64,000 nt of DNA from Patellaria atrata CBS 101060 (lineage: Eukaryota), in contig MU006116.1 of assembly GCA_010093705.1 (NCBI GenBank), positions 161,424 to 225,423 of the forward strand, read 5' to 3'. The notes under the pieces were generated by a model, which was not told where the DNA came from, ran no database searches, and saw nothing but the letters and a program-made list of their open reading frames with translations. Made by a program: the position numbers and the translations under genes. Positions 24,172 through 36,528 of the stretch are shown here, piece after piece (positions within the stretch are counted from its first letter, which is position 1; every line of letters begins with the position of its first letter).

Positions 24172-26503
24172 TGTAATGAGGATATACAGAAATTTTAGCG
24201 ATAGACGGCTTTGAAATGAACACTGCTGGAATGAGTAGTAAAAACTCGTTGTGATGGCGTCTCCCGAGGAAGGGGGAAGTCTACACTCTTTTATATCTTG
24301 ATCAGACCTCTGATGAGGTTCTACATAATTAGAGAAATAGATTGTGGCGACAAAGCTTGTCATAGAAAATACTATACATTGCAAGGTTACCAGGCAAGAT
24401 ATACAAATATACTGAACAGAATGCGTTCAACCTTGGATGTGCTATCGGGGAATAACATCAAAATCGTGGGCAGATGATAGGCCAATAACTAGTGCAAGGA
24501 AACATCGGAACAAACAGGGTATAGGGACAAGAATTTGCAATCAACTTGATGAACACTCGTTTCGAGATGAAAGAGAAAATTTTATACATTGTGCCAATCA
24601 GAGATATATGCAATAGTGAATAATGTAAAGTTTCATGCTTAGCCTGGAAATCATATCGAACTGCGGGGAGGTATGGTATTGCCAGGAGAAGAGATTCCAG
24701 GGAACCAGGTGTAAACAGTATCGTTGATCAAGGTGCAGGACCCACTTCGAGTTCTGAACCATTAGAAAGACATGCTGTGTGTTTATCCTACCACGCCTGC
24801 CCCATGAGCTCGAGAACATACGAGCGGGTCCAACATTAGGATCTTAATGATTGAGATTCTATCGAAACCGGGCCTGCTCTGAAAAACTTTTCATTCAGAA
24901 CTACTGACTTCAACGTATCTAGAATCTGGCTACGTTCACCGTACCCTCGAGGGATGTATTGAGCTTGTTTTGATACCGCAGAGGTGAACCCTCGGACATT
25001 GCATCTAGGAATTCGCATAATATATCTTGAATAGCGCTTCTTTAATCTGCTTACTCTGGTTGAAATCGTGTAATATGAAACTGAAAACAACTGGATATCA
25101 AGAATCGGAGCCGATTCCTATGGCAAGGAATTGAGCCAGGATGTTCTATGAGTGGATTAAAAGAGCATGAGGAGAGGTTTGGTTGACTAAAATGAGGAGT
25201 TGGAGCAAAGAGGAGTATCTGAATGTGATGTCTGACGTTTGATGATGGAAAGATAATATAGAATAATGACTTGAGAATCACATAAGGTGTTTTGACACGC
25301 GGTTACCCCACCGATGCCTCAGAATAAATTGATTACCACATGGATGGTAACTGGTAATTGACAAGATTCTGAGAATTTACCATTTCTCATGCGAAATCCC
25401 ATTTTCCGTCTAATGCAAAGGGAAGATCCTAATAACTTAGACGTATGTTAGGCTTTGATATTTTGCTAAAAGTATATGTGTACGGTTGGGCCTTGTTGCA
25501 AGTAGTTCAGTCATGACACTGGACTCCGAAGGAGATGCAAGTTATCAGTTTGAAACAAACTGTTGGATGTTCCCAGCTCTTACTGAGACTGACACCATCT
25601 ATGCTGTCAATTGTTTGCTCCCTAGATGATCCATTATATTGACCGTACAACTAAAGCACACGTGTGAAGACATGGGTTACATATCATAATACTGAGGCAC
25701 TCATTACTGAAGAGAACAATAGGTATACGGAGAACATAGGCTGTTTTCGATAAACTGTCTGAAGATGTTTCACAACCACAAGCTTGTCATCATCGAAGAG
25801 ATGGGAAAGAGCGTCCAGGTGGTCTTATCCAGTGAACGATGGTATAGCAGGCATTCGCTTTCAATTGAAGGTACGAGTGCGACAAAAGTATGATGAGCTC
25901 GAGGGTTTTGAGGAAGATAAAAGTGGGAGGCGAAGAGTTCAAAGGCTTGGGAAGGAAATCCAAATTTATTCTTCCTAAACCCGCAACCAATCTGCCCAGA
26001 ACATCTTCTCCTCCGAATACAAAAGTAATAACAAATCTTACAGAGTAGATATAGAAATGCTGTTTAAGTTCATTCTACTTACTTCCTCGGATACAAAAAC
26101 CTCCAAAAATCTACAATTTCCTTCACTGCGTCGTGGCATTCCTCGCCTACTGCACATAATACAGCACAGCACAGTACAGTGCAATCGCTCTACTCATTAA
26201 GTTTCTCTCCGGCTCTTCTACATAGAAGTCCAGAACATACGAAAAGTACATAAGCATACACAAGGCTTGACCGTATACGCAATGTAGATCAGTCGAGACT
26301 CCAGGATTAACAGTCCGCGGGTAGTTATTCTGTCAATGTAGAACTATGGAGACATAAAGGGATTAGGAACAATGCAATTCGGTATCAATTCCAAATAACT
26401 TGAGTTCATCAGGTGCACAGAAAGACCGTCCATCCGTTACCGCATCGCTCCAGGCATAAGACAGCATTTCAACCATCACCTACTCGTATCTGTCACTGAA
26501 TCT

Positions 26504-27045
26504 CTACAACAATATCGCGCCTGCTCCCACGGCAGCAGCCCCCATAACTCCTCCGACCACGCCTAACATTCCCGTAGGTCTCGGAGCCGCCCCAGTGGCC
26601 GCTTCAACCACGACTCGCACCGCCTCCGATCCGATGCTTTCGTAGTAGTCGCGCATATCTTGTGGAAGCCTAGTATACCAGGCCGGCGTCGTAGTATACG
26701 TCACAACCGTATCGGTCGCAGTTACGCCTTCGGGGATATCGGTTGCTGTTGCTGCGATCGACTCGAGTGCAGCGATTGCCGAGGTGAATTGTGGCTGGGC
26801 CGTGAGGTGAGTAATGTACGTTGATGCCGCAACGGCGACGCGCGAAGCTGCAGCAGAAGCCTTAGAATGGTTAGTTCTAGTTCATACATTGCGAAGGTTG
26901 GATGGCGTGGAGGACATGAGGGACTTACGTCCTTCGTATTGGTGAAGGTTGCTAAAGCGGTTGTGCTGTCAATGATGATGAAGTCTCCTTCGACATGGAT
27001 GACTGCGAAGGAGGCGATGAGGGTAGATAAGATTGAGAGGCGCAT
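26504..27045 (-). CDS. Small secreted, probably GPI-anchored Ala/Thr-rich protein
   Basis: Signal peptide MRLSILSTLIASFAVIHVEG. Intron 26928-26861 (GTAAGT...CTAAC...CTAAG) joins in frame to ...TPAWYTRLPQDMRDYYES...; hydrophobic C-tail GAAPRPTGMLGVVGGVMGAAAVGAGAILL. Confidence 0.85.
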
Positions 27046-27180
27046 GTTGGGTATTTAATACTGGTAAAGCTGTTGAATAGAAAAAAAGGAATGGAAGTGA
27101 GAAAGATATCTTAAAAATAGGTATGTTTACCTTGGAATCGTAAGTGCCTATCTTATCCAAAGGTTTGGGAACAGAGCTTA

Positions 27181-27213
27181 CCTTATATACCTTATATACC
27201 TTATATACCCTAT
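27181..27213 (-). promoter_or_regulatory. Tandem 9-bp repeat forming three TATATAAGG (TATA-like) boxes
   Basis: Plus strand (CCTTATATA)x3, about 140 bp upstream of the ATG at 27045 on the minus strand. Confidence 0.5.
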
Positions 27214-27842
27214 ACGTATATCAGGAAGGATCCATTGGAAATACAGTTCTAGTCAAACTTGATTTTTGGTGTGACAAGCTGGCGGAGTGACTTCACTGAT
27301 GACAACCACGTACTGTGCATAGTTGGGATCACAGCCTCCATCCAGTTATATTTACTGTAGTCAAGAAAAGCGTTGCTAATCTTAGAATCTGATATGCATA
27401 AGAATCCTACAGAAAGGTCTAATAATGATTCAGAACTTAAAGAATTGAGTGGAGGAATAGCGGCGAACAAAGATCTACAGTAGGGGGTTAACGGTAGGGA
27501 TCCGCAAGGCTGAGTCCCTTAGCTCTCGTATGGGGCTAACACTTACAATGCAGGTAATACCAATTCCGTATCAACCCTTTTGAACATTTGATTGAAGCTG
27601 TTTCATTGATCATGATACAGATTGCAGTTGTTGGTCTTTTCAAACTCCCAATTAACCAACTTCCCGGCCTCTTGTAGCTTATACGCTTGTACCATGCTAT
27701 CGACAATAAAAGTTCTATCAAGCTATCGGAAATGATCAATCATCCCTCATGACCATCCTGCATATCTAGGCCATTTCCCCTATCCTTATATGCCAAGCTG
27801 TGTAGCGAATACCGCACAGATATCCACCATCTTTAAGCTCGT

Positions 27843-30630
27843 TCATTCCCATTCTTTCCAGAGTTTCGCGAGCCGATTCATCTCCTGATCTATCCATACT
27901 GGATCTGCTGCACCACTATGATATCCATATCCAAGTCGTCCTTCTAATAATCTCTTCAACCTCTTATGTTGCCCCTGCAAATCCAGTTCGGCCTTCTTCC
28001 TTTCCGTTGCTTTGCGAACAAGATATGCTATATCATTATCTTCAATAGCTATTGCAAATATATGACGCATGCGGTGACTGTACAGCTGGCAAGAGTTTCC
28101 AGAGCTAAGATTCGGCCCTGGTAAGTCCTCACCTGGTGCGTAGGTTGGAGTGGAGTTGAACTTGGCCGCGATGCTCGAGCCTGCACGAACGTGTGGATAT
28201 ACGATGTGTTCGTAACACTCTTCGCATACGGTGAATTCAGGGAGACCTGGGATGAAATGCCAAAGCTGATCTAGCATGATATTATCTCTATTACATTCTG
28301 GTTTGTATGAGTTCTCCTTTATAAGATTGAGCAACGGACCTAGGTCGGGTTTTCTTCTCTTCCTCTGGGCTGTAGAGTCAATGTCAACCATGAGATCAAT
28401 ATATTTGGGAAATCTAGAACTTTGTACGCGAAGCGAGCAGAGACGTTTGGCGCGCGAGTCACGAGAAGATGTGCGTGTTATACGACTGCGAAGAGTAGGA
28501 AACAGCGCCTCTAAGAATTTCATGTCCCGGGAGCAAATTCGAAAGTTAGGAACGCGCTCGTTATAGTCATCAGTGACAGTGTACCATGTTCCCGCAGCTT
28601 CCAAGGTGCCGGGACATGGTTTCTCTGTTTCCGTCAAGGTTGCTAGGGCGTAGAGCAGGGCCAGGTCACCACGTTTTTGCTTTATCGTAAGCAACCATGC
28701 GAACCGGAACCAGGGCGACCCAAAATCGCAGCGTATTTCCGTCCCTAATGGACGCTTACTAGCTGGTTTAAAGTACTTTCTAAACTCAGTAGGGGTGATG
28801 ATAGAATCTAGACATGAAGGACAGATATCAAAGTTCGGGCACCCTTCTAAGGTAAACCAATCGTCGAATTTCGTTTCATAATTAGGTCGAGGACATGGAG
28901 GCAAAATCAGTGCATCAGAATTTGACTTGGAGTCGTCGTTATGTGCATCTCTACCGGAAGATGATGACTTCTTATGCCCCAGTGGTATATGCTGTGCTAA
29001 GTTTGGAGTTTCTGGATCCCTGATAGGAGTAGCCGGCCCTCTGGGATGCAAAGAGTCTCTCATAGAAGGGCTTTGAGGTGTCGATGGGCCAGATTGGTAT
29101 TTGGGGGCTGGGTTTACGGTTACGTGCATATTTGGTGCAGCCGTTTGATACTTCTCTTCGGAGGGCATCATGGTGTTCATGTCATCTTCCGGGTAGGGTA
29201 AAGGTGCTTTTTCCGGCCTTATAGGGGCCGGACCCTGCACGTTAACGAGGGGAGGAGTTGGGAGTGATTCTTGTCTCAATAATGATGGTGGTCGTGCCGC
29301 TAATTTCGCTCGTTCTTTGTCCACGGGAGGCCAAGTTGAGGGATGGTTGGATGGAGGAATATCGTACCATGACGGGTCGATTGGAGACCCTAATGGTGAA
29401 GATGATCTTGACCCCTCGTATGACCCTGCTCTTGAGAGAGGGTTGATCTTCGCGTGAGAAGATCTGGGAGAAGGATTTTGGGATGGTAAAGGAGAGCCAG
29501 ACCTTGAGTCTAAAGTTCGGTTGTCGTTATGTCTAGAAAGATCCCGGAACCTGTTCGATGGTGCAGTTTCTTCCCCGGACGTCTCGGAAACGGATGTTGT
29601 TGTTTGGATTCGTGATGCTAAAGGAGGTGTAACTGAAGATGGTGAAGTAGAGGGCTTTTGATCCCTGTTCCTATCCGACCTTGTTATGTCGGGCTTCTTG
29701 GAACCAGCTTGTTCTGCAAAGTCGTGTACAGAAGTCTTTGAAACGTTTTTCTCTAGATCCGTCGCTACGAAAGAGTATCGCGCGGGCTTACGGTTTGCTC
29801 TTAATCTATCAACATCTCCAAGGTCAGGGTCGGAATCTTCAACAGCTTCACTATTATTGCCGGATGTTGACCCGGCTGATCCGTACGTGCTCTCACGTGA
29901 GAGTCTAGAGTCAGTGTGTCGAGACGGCCTTGGGTCGTATCTTTGGGAATCTCTTTGTGTTAGTACGCTTCGAGGAGTGGCATTGGTCGGCGTAATTGGG
30001 TCTGTTGATAATAAGTAGTCCCCCGCCGATGGCTTTATATCTTCGGTTGATACTTTCGAAAAGGAGTACGGCGAAGGCTCACGTCTCTGTAGAATGGGGA
30101 TATCGAATTCTGCAGTCGGACTGGAAAAGCCATTGTCATTGTGCTCTCTGGGTCTTCTACGTTTCTCCTTTTCAGATACGGTAATACCAGATGGCGGCTC
30201 TTCCAGTCTCCCGTCAGAGACGAGTACAAATCGTGTCTCATCATTTGGTCGTTCTATTTCATCTAAGAGAGATTCCTGATCAACAGCTCCTCGACTGGGG
30301 ACATCATCATCATCTTTGTGCTTTGTGGGCTTGTACTCTCTCGCTAAGGATTTTAGCTCCTCCTCGACAAAAGGACTAGGAGGCCATTGCTGTTTCCTTG
30401 CCTTATGCTCCGAGTGATTTAGGTACGTTCGAGGTTCCCGGTATTGAGAGTAAGCGTAGCGGGGCTCGAACCGTTCGGATGGAGGGTCCGACTGTCTAAT
30501 AGATACAAAAAATTAGATACGGTATGTACCAAGAAGAGACAACTTACCTTGAGTACCTGGGATTAGATTCCCTCGACCTTGAGAAAGAATCCTGCCTGCG
30601 GGAGTAATGATTTGAATCGTAAGAATACAT
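27843..30630 (-). CDS. Uncharacterised protein of about 910 aa: Ser/Pro/Arg-rich disordered N-half and Cys-rich C-terminal domain
   Basis: ATG 30630, intron 30547-30496 (GTAAGT...ATTAG). I checked the frame and it is open without stops from 30495 to 27843 (the ORF track shows only the last 493 aa). Modules CPNFDICPSC, PNFRICSRD, PEFTVCEECY. Confidence 0.85.
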
Positions 30631-32065
30631 GCAAGCAACGTTCGCTTCGTGATAGATAACCCAACCTATTCTAAGGGATATGATGGATGAACGAGGAGAG
30701 AGCTAGAGACTTTGAATGTTTGCTGCTTCGGAATGAGCAGTATAATAATTAGTGATGAGTCTGTACGAAGAAAACACAAAGGCGGTTAGGTGCAATATCC
30801 AATTGGGGTTGGACTTGGGAGCTTGTCCTGGTGGATTTTGCAGCTTGCTGACGTTTGGCTGCGTCTTATGCCAATTCGAGCCACCAGACAGGACAAGGAG
30901 TCGTACTGTACAGTAGAGAGAGCTATTGCCATGAGGAAACAATTTGGCGGTGAAGCGCCAACTCAGAAACCGTGAACTCACCACCCAACGGAATCAATAA
31001 TGCGATGAAGTACAAGATAATAAAGATAAATCCAGTGATCTGATCCACTGCGTTGGCGCTGTGGCGTTGCGATCTACCATTCACCCATCTTAAACACTAC
31101 AACTTTCTATAAGGCTGAAACGCTTTTTATTTCCGTACATACTCGATCCTACTCTCTATTATTTTCTCAGTGGTTAAGAGACCTTTCAGATGATCAAACA
31201 CTCTGTCTAAAGTTAGAGCGACCTCTTTGAGCGCATTCTCAATTCTAGATTCTAATGTAGTTCCATTGCTGACTCGATACAGACCATACATCCACCTACA
31301 GTGCCACCAAGGATCGATTTAAAAAGTACGAGCAAAGCATGAGGCCTGCAGTGCAGTCAGGATAGCTTAGGCGGTACAGGAGATTCAATACGGTGGTTTC
31401 CTTTTCTAATTTCTGGTGTGCTTTAGCGGCCGTATACGTAAAAGAACAAGACAAGAACTGCGACTGCACTACGAGTATCTAACAACGGGACCTGTAGAGG
31501 TAGAACTACAGTACATCTAAGCCATGACTTGCGGCTCACACCCGTTTTAGACGTATGCATGCACTCAGCTAGTCAGCTTTGTAAGGTCTAGACCTGGGAC
31601 TCGGAAACGTAAGGCAAGGTAGTACCTTAGTACAAAATCTCGTGGAAGGGTGAACGTGTAGATTCATGGCATGCGGCAAGATTGACTAACCAATCTGCAG
31701 GCCAGCACGACTACTACCATTCTGTTTGGCATGCATACCGCCCCTTTCCACCGGTTGCTGGTTCTAGCGGATCGAGCAAGGTGTGTCAAGAAGGTACAAT
31801 ATAGTCCCTAATTTTCTTAACGAGATATCACGATAACACCGGTTGGCCGTAATTCAGGGTACTTAGGATAACGGAAGGGGCTTGGTATATGAACCAACCT
31901 TTCACCGTTCAGCGGGCCATGTAAAGACCTTCGACCTTGACCTAGAAGACAATACCGTCATCCCGATCAATGCGAGGGTCAATATTGTATGTACATGGTC
32001 ATACTAATGAGCTTCCGTTGCGCTATAAATTAAGCTTGATATGGTAGATACTGGAATCGGTCGCA

Positions 32066-33230
32066 TCACCATGGATAGATCTACTCTCCGTTACTATAAA
32101 TTACCTCTTCCAGTGGAGGGTTGACTCACCTGATTCTGCCACGTCCAAAAGGTGCCGCTATGCTGAATACCTTTACTTTGTATCACATCGATCATGGCGG
32201 TTACGGACTGCTCTGGTGTGATGACGCCCTCGATTTCCCAAGGGACGTTGATGTTAGACATGTCACTATTGGAATATCAGATACATATCGTGTACAATGA
32301 TATACTAAACTTACGTGGCAACCTCCCCTGGGTGCATCGCAAGGATGATGGTATCGTCATCCTTTCGTCTTAATTCTGCCGCCATATGCTGAACAGGATT
32401 AACTCAAGGACAGAGTTGTATATTTGGAATCTTACTCGGAGTGCTTGGTTCAACGCAGCTTTCGAGGCAGCATATGCGGCGAAACTGTTATGTCCATACC
32501 ATTTAACACACATATTGCTGCAACAACTGCCGCAACAAAAGGAAGAGGATATCATACCCATCTTCCACCTCACGAAAATTACCAGCCGAGCCAGAATCGC
32601 TCGACATGAATACAATAGTTCCTATGGGAATACTGGTCTGCAACAGTTTCTGAGCTGTAATTATCGGACCAATTGTGTTGGTGTGAAGATGAAACGCAAA
32701 TTCATCAAATGAACTGATGGTTCTTAGTAAAGATGGTGGAATTTCATTATACTCGAACACGGATTGATCAACTTACGTTTCTGTAGCTCTCTGCATGTAC
32801 GAATCAACAGATTTTCTGGAAGAGATTCAAAGAAATGCTTACATTTGGGTATCTCAAAACACCAGCATTGAGCACAACATAATCGATTTTCAGATTAGGT
32901 ATAGCAACAAGCTGGGTAACGAAATTCTAGAGTAGACAGAAATCAGATAAGAACAATAATAGATTAGTATCGTTTGCGTATCCTTACAACTATAGAAGCT
33001 TCCGAGAGTATGTCACAGATAAACATTTGACATCTACCATGATCACCTCCAGCTTGTCCCCAGAGAGCAGAGGCGTGGTCAGCGTTAGTTTCGCGAACAG
33101 TTGCTATAATGCGTTCTTCCCGGGCAAGGAGCTGGCGGACAAATTCGAGACCAATCCCTCTGCTTGCTCCGACGATGACCCAGGTGGTATTTTCTTGGTC
33201 CGAGTACAACGCATCAGGTATCTGGTTCAT
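32066..33230 (-). CDS. Short-chain dehydrogenase/reductase, C-factor (CsgA/Sniffer)-like
   Basis: VGASRGIG Rossmann motif, LNAG, MSSDSGS, catalytic YAASK, MHPGEVATD, C-terminal TFWTW...YPW*. Seven GT-AG introns reconstructed in frame. Confidence 0.9.
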
Positions 33231-33776
33231 TGTTGAAGCTGGAAATCGACGCAGGAAAACGCGATGGAGAATGTACGAATAGCGCCGTGCATGCTAGCTG
33301 CAGATAAAGTCACAAAGAGATTTTGTCAAATTACATGTACTTTCACTATTTAGAATATGGGCGGAGCAGTAGTAGTGGAGGGAGTGAGGAACTTGTTAAA
33401 GTACAATACATAAGATAGGCGACTGTGCTAAAAACCGGGAAATCTTACTGCGCTGATGGAGAGCGATGATCAATGAAAGATAAAGACTTGAACACTTTAC
33501 GAAGAATAATGAGATGACCTGAGATGAGATAGGATATAACTCTCGCTATTATTAGGTTATTATTATTACTTTACGGTAGGTCCTGAAAACGGTTCGGTGG
33601 TTAGGTCAGGTCGGAACAAACAACGGCGGACATACCTTACAACATTTCATCATTTCTGTTGCCTTCGTGCCTTCCCATCATCCGTTTCGTTCCTGCCCTC
33701 ACCACCACCCGGAACCCGCCGAAGTTCCCGGCAGTTTTTCGTTTAAACAACTTGGATTGGGGCTCTCGCATTTCAA

Positions 33777-33796
33777 CCAATAATATCAGGCCCGTT
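33777..33796 (+). promoter_or_regulatory. CCAAT box with CSAAT-N12-RWT spacing (candidate CBC:HapX site)
   Basis: CCAAT-AATATCAGGCCC-GTT about 190 bp upstream of the cytochrome c ATG. The motif is short and degenerate. Confidence 0.45.
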
Positions 33797-33972
33797 GTAA
33801 AGTGACCAGTGCCTCCGTCATTCAAACCTTGCAGCTTTTTCTTTTCTAGTTTCCCTCTCCGAACTTCATCAACTTTCCATCAGCTCCCAGCTTTTTCCTC
33901 TATCGCATCTTCATATCTTTCCGGCGTCTATCGATTTACCATTAATCAACCTGTATCTCAATATCTCTCACA

Positions 33973-34708
33973 ATGGGTGGTTTTGAAGAAGGTACGTTCA
34001 TCATCCCTTAGCAACCGTCTTTCTTACCTTCCGAAGACACGGACGGCAAACTTTCATCCTTTCAAACTCCTTGTTCATCGGCCATTGAGTTGTCTCCATC
34101 ATCCCTACGCATTATCCCATGAGTGGTGAAGCTTTCGACTGTGTTTCTTGCTCTGGCAAGCTGTTGAGGCTCACTGGCGCAAATCCCACACTCGGAAGGG
34201 CGTTCTCTCCCGTTCATCCGTGTGCTCGCATCTCAAACTCTTCGTGATCCCCACTCAATGCGGTTGATTCTGACTTTGCTTCTATAGGTGACGCTAAGAA
34301 GGGTGCTACCCTTTTCAAGGTATGGATAAACCCGTCATCGCGAGATTCTTTCATTACCATTTTCTAACGTCATCCAGACCCGCTGTGCACAATGCCACAC
34401 ATTAGAAGAGGGTGGTGGGAACAAGATCGGCCCTAATCTTCACGGTCTTTTTGGCCGCAAGACTGGTCAAGTTGAAGGCTTCTCCTATACCGACGCGAAC
34501 AAGCAAAAGGGCATTACTTGGGATGAGTCAACTCTGGTAGGAGATCTCACGACGTTGGTTATATTGTGCGTGCTAATAGGACCTTCAGTTCGAATACCTA
34601 GAAAACCCCAAGAAATATATCCCCGGTACCAAAATGGCGTTCGGTGGTCTCAAGAAGCCTAAGGACCGAAACGACCTGATCACCCATTTGCGCGAGGCCA
34701 CCAAATAG
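33973..34708 (+). CDS. CYC1: Cytochrome c
   Basis: Four exons give [114 protein letters not shown] heme motif and Met80 ligand present. Absent from the ORF track. Confidence 0.98.
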
Positions 34709-36528
34709 ATACCTCATTATTTATTTTCCGCCAACCTCTTCATTCCTTTCTCGACAATCGCAGACTTCGCGCAATGGAACTAGCTGTTTTCCTTGATCAC
34801 TTTCACCTCTTGTACCATCAGAATAGACTTAAGAAAGGGGTTAGCCGGGACTGGTTGTATATCTAATTCTTCCTGCATGCAACTACAGTACTTCTTTGGC
34901 TTCTTGTATCATAACTAGCATCAGAGCGAGCGCCATCTTGGGTCATAACGTCAGGAAGTGTTTATTTGATGAGATTCCTCTCCACTTTAGTATACAAATG
35001 ATAGCCAACGTGTCTGGTATTGTTGACCATCAGTTCAGTGAAATCCTATTCATCACAGTCCGATGCTGACACCCTGCTCAAGTAAATTAAAAGGGGTCAT
35101 TGAAGTACTGTATTAGTCCCCTTCGAAGTGTTAATACGTGTTCGTCGACTCCTTCACTGTGCCTTAGTTCGAAGCAATGACTTAAGGTACTGACTTGTGA
35201 AGCCACTTCGTTCCTCTCCTAACTTTGTGGGCAATAAGTTCCGGACGCGAAAAACTTTCTGCTCTCCGAACCTCTCGGTATACCGTCCTAAGGTAGTGTC
35301 GTATACCAAGAAGGCAGAATCGCCCTTCAGAGTAAGTGTATATTGACATTGAAGGCTTCCATCTGGCTATAGTTGTCTCCTAGCCAGGACGATGATCAAG
35401 TTGAGTTTAGATTTCTCATTATTGTTTAACCTTGGGGATCCTTGCCCTTGGACAGAAACACCTGAGGATACTAGCTTCCATTTTGCCAGTAGTAGGAGTT
35501 TTCAGGAGTCTCAGGAGAAGTTCAGCGCGGAAGTTTCCCGAATGCTACACTTGCTCTTGTCGTAGCTTGAAGCACGTGCCGAGGAGACATTTCCTTTAGC
35601 CTCCACCTCATCTCTACCTTACTCTCTAATAAGATGGTTCTACTCTTCTATAGGCTTCCGAAAGTTTGACCCACACTTTAGACGCGCCTCCGCGAAAGTT
35701 TGGGCAGGTGACTTGCTCGACCGGTCCGATTAGAAAATAAAGCCTCGTGTGAGTAGTGGTAATTCCCTTGTTTATTCAAAGCTTGCATGTCATAAAAGGC
35801 CTCTCCGTCTATTAAAAGAGATAATAAGAAAAAGGATGAAGAAAAAGAAATAGGAAATAAAAAAGAAAAAAGAAAAAAGAAAGTAAAGAGGATGAAAACA
35901 AGCATAACAAGAGGTGCAGTCGAAGAACGGCTGCAGCGATCGTGGGGTAGAATTACCCTTCCTGCCGAATTTGGCGAGGGCGTGCAAGGAAGGAACTTTG
36001 GTTACCTTTAACGGCTGTGCGGAGTTCAATTCTTAGCGTCGACATCGGAGCTTCGTCCACCACCAAAGACCAACAACCGAAGGGGACCATCGAGAACTGA
36101 TTACGGTAAGGGTGTCGACGTGATGACTGGATCCCGACAGCGATTCTTCTTTGCATCCTCATACCATCCGTGTCAATAATGCCAACAAATGTTTACTCTT
36201 GAAGTATAATTGCATTGCCTTCTTTGTCCTCTCGCCGAACCGATTGGAACCATCACAGCTTCACTGTATAATAGTTCTATATCCTCGGTTGAAGCTTCAC
36301 GTCACTGGGGGTTATCGACAGACCGTACTCTCAAACACGCAACGACTACAACATCGATATCCCCTGAATATCTATTGCTGAAATACATTCCATCTGAAAT
36401 CTGCTTTCCTTTATCCGCAAAACCTCCGTTCCCTTGTGGTCTGCACTTTGCGTCCAGTGGACGACTTTTTCCAAATTGAAGTGCCTCGTGGTAGAGGGAG
36501 GCCTTTTGGCCCCGATTGATAGCCCATC

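Noticed and set aside
24598..25990. Possible further gene relics
   Set aside because: Protein-like fragments only, with no motif to anchor a call.
35678..36029. Phe-rich apparent membrane protein ORFs
   Set aside because: Artefact of translating the A-rich tract at about 35810-35900.
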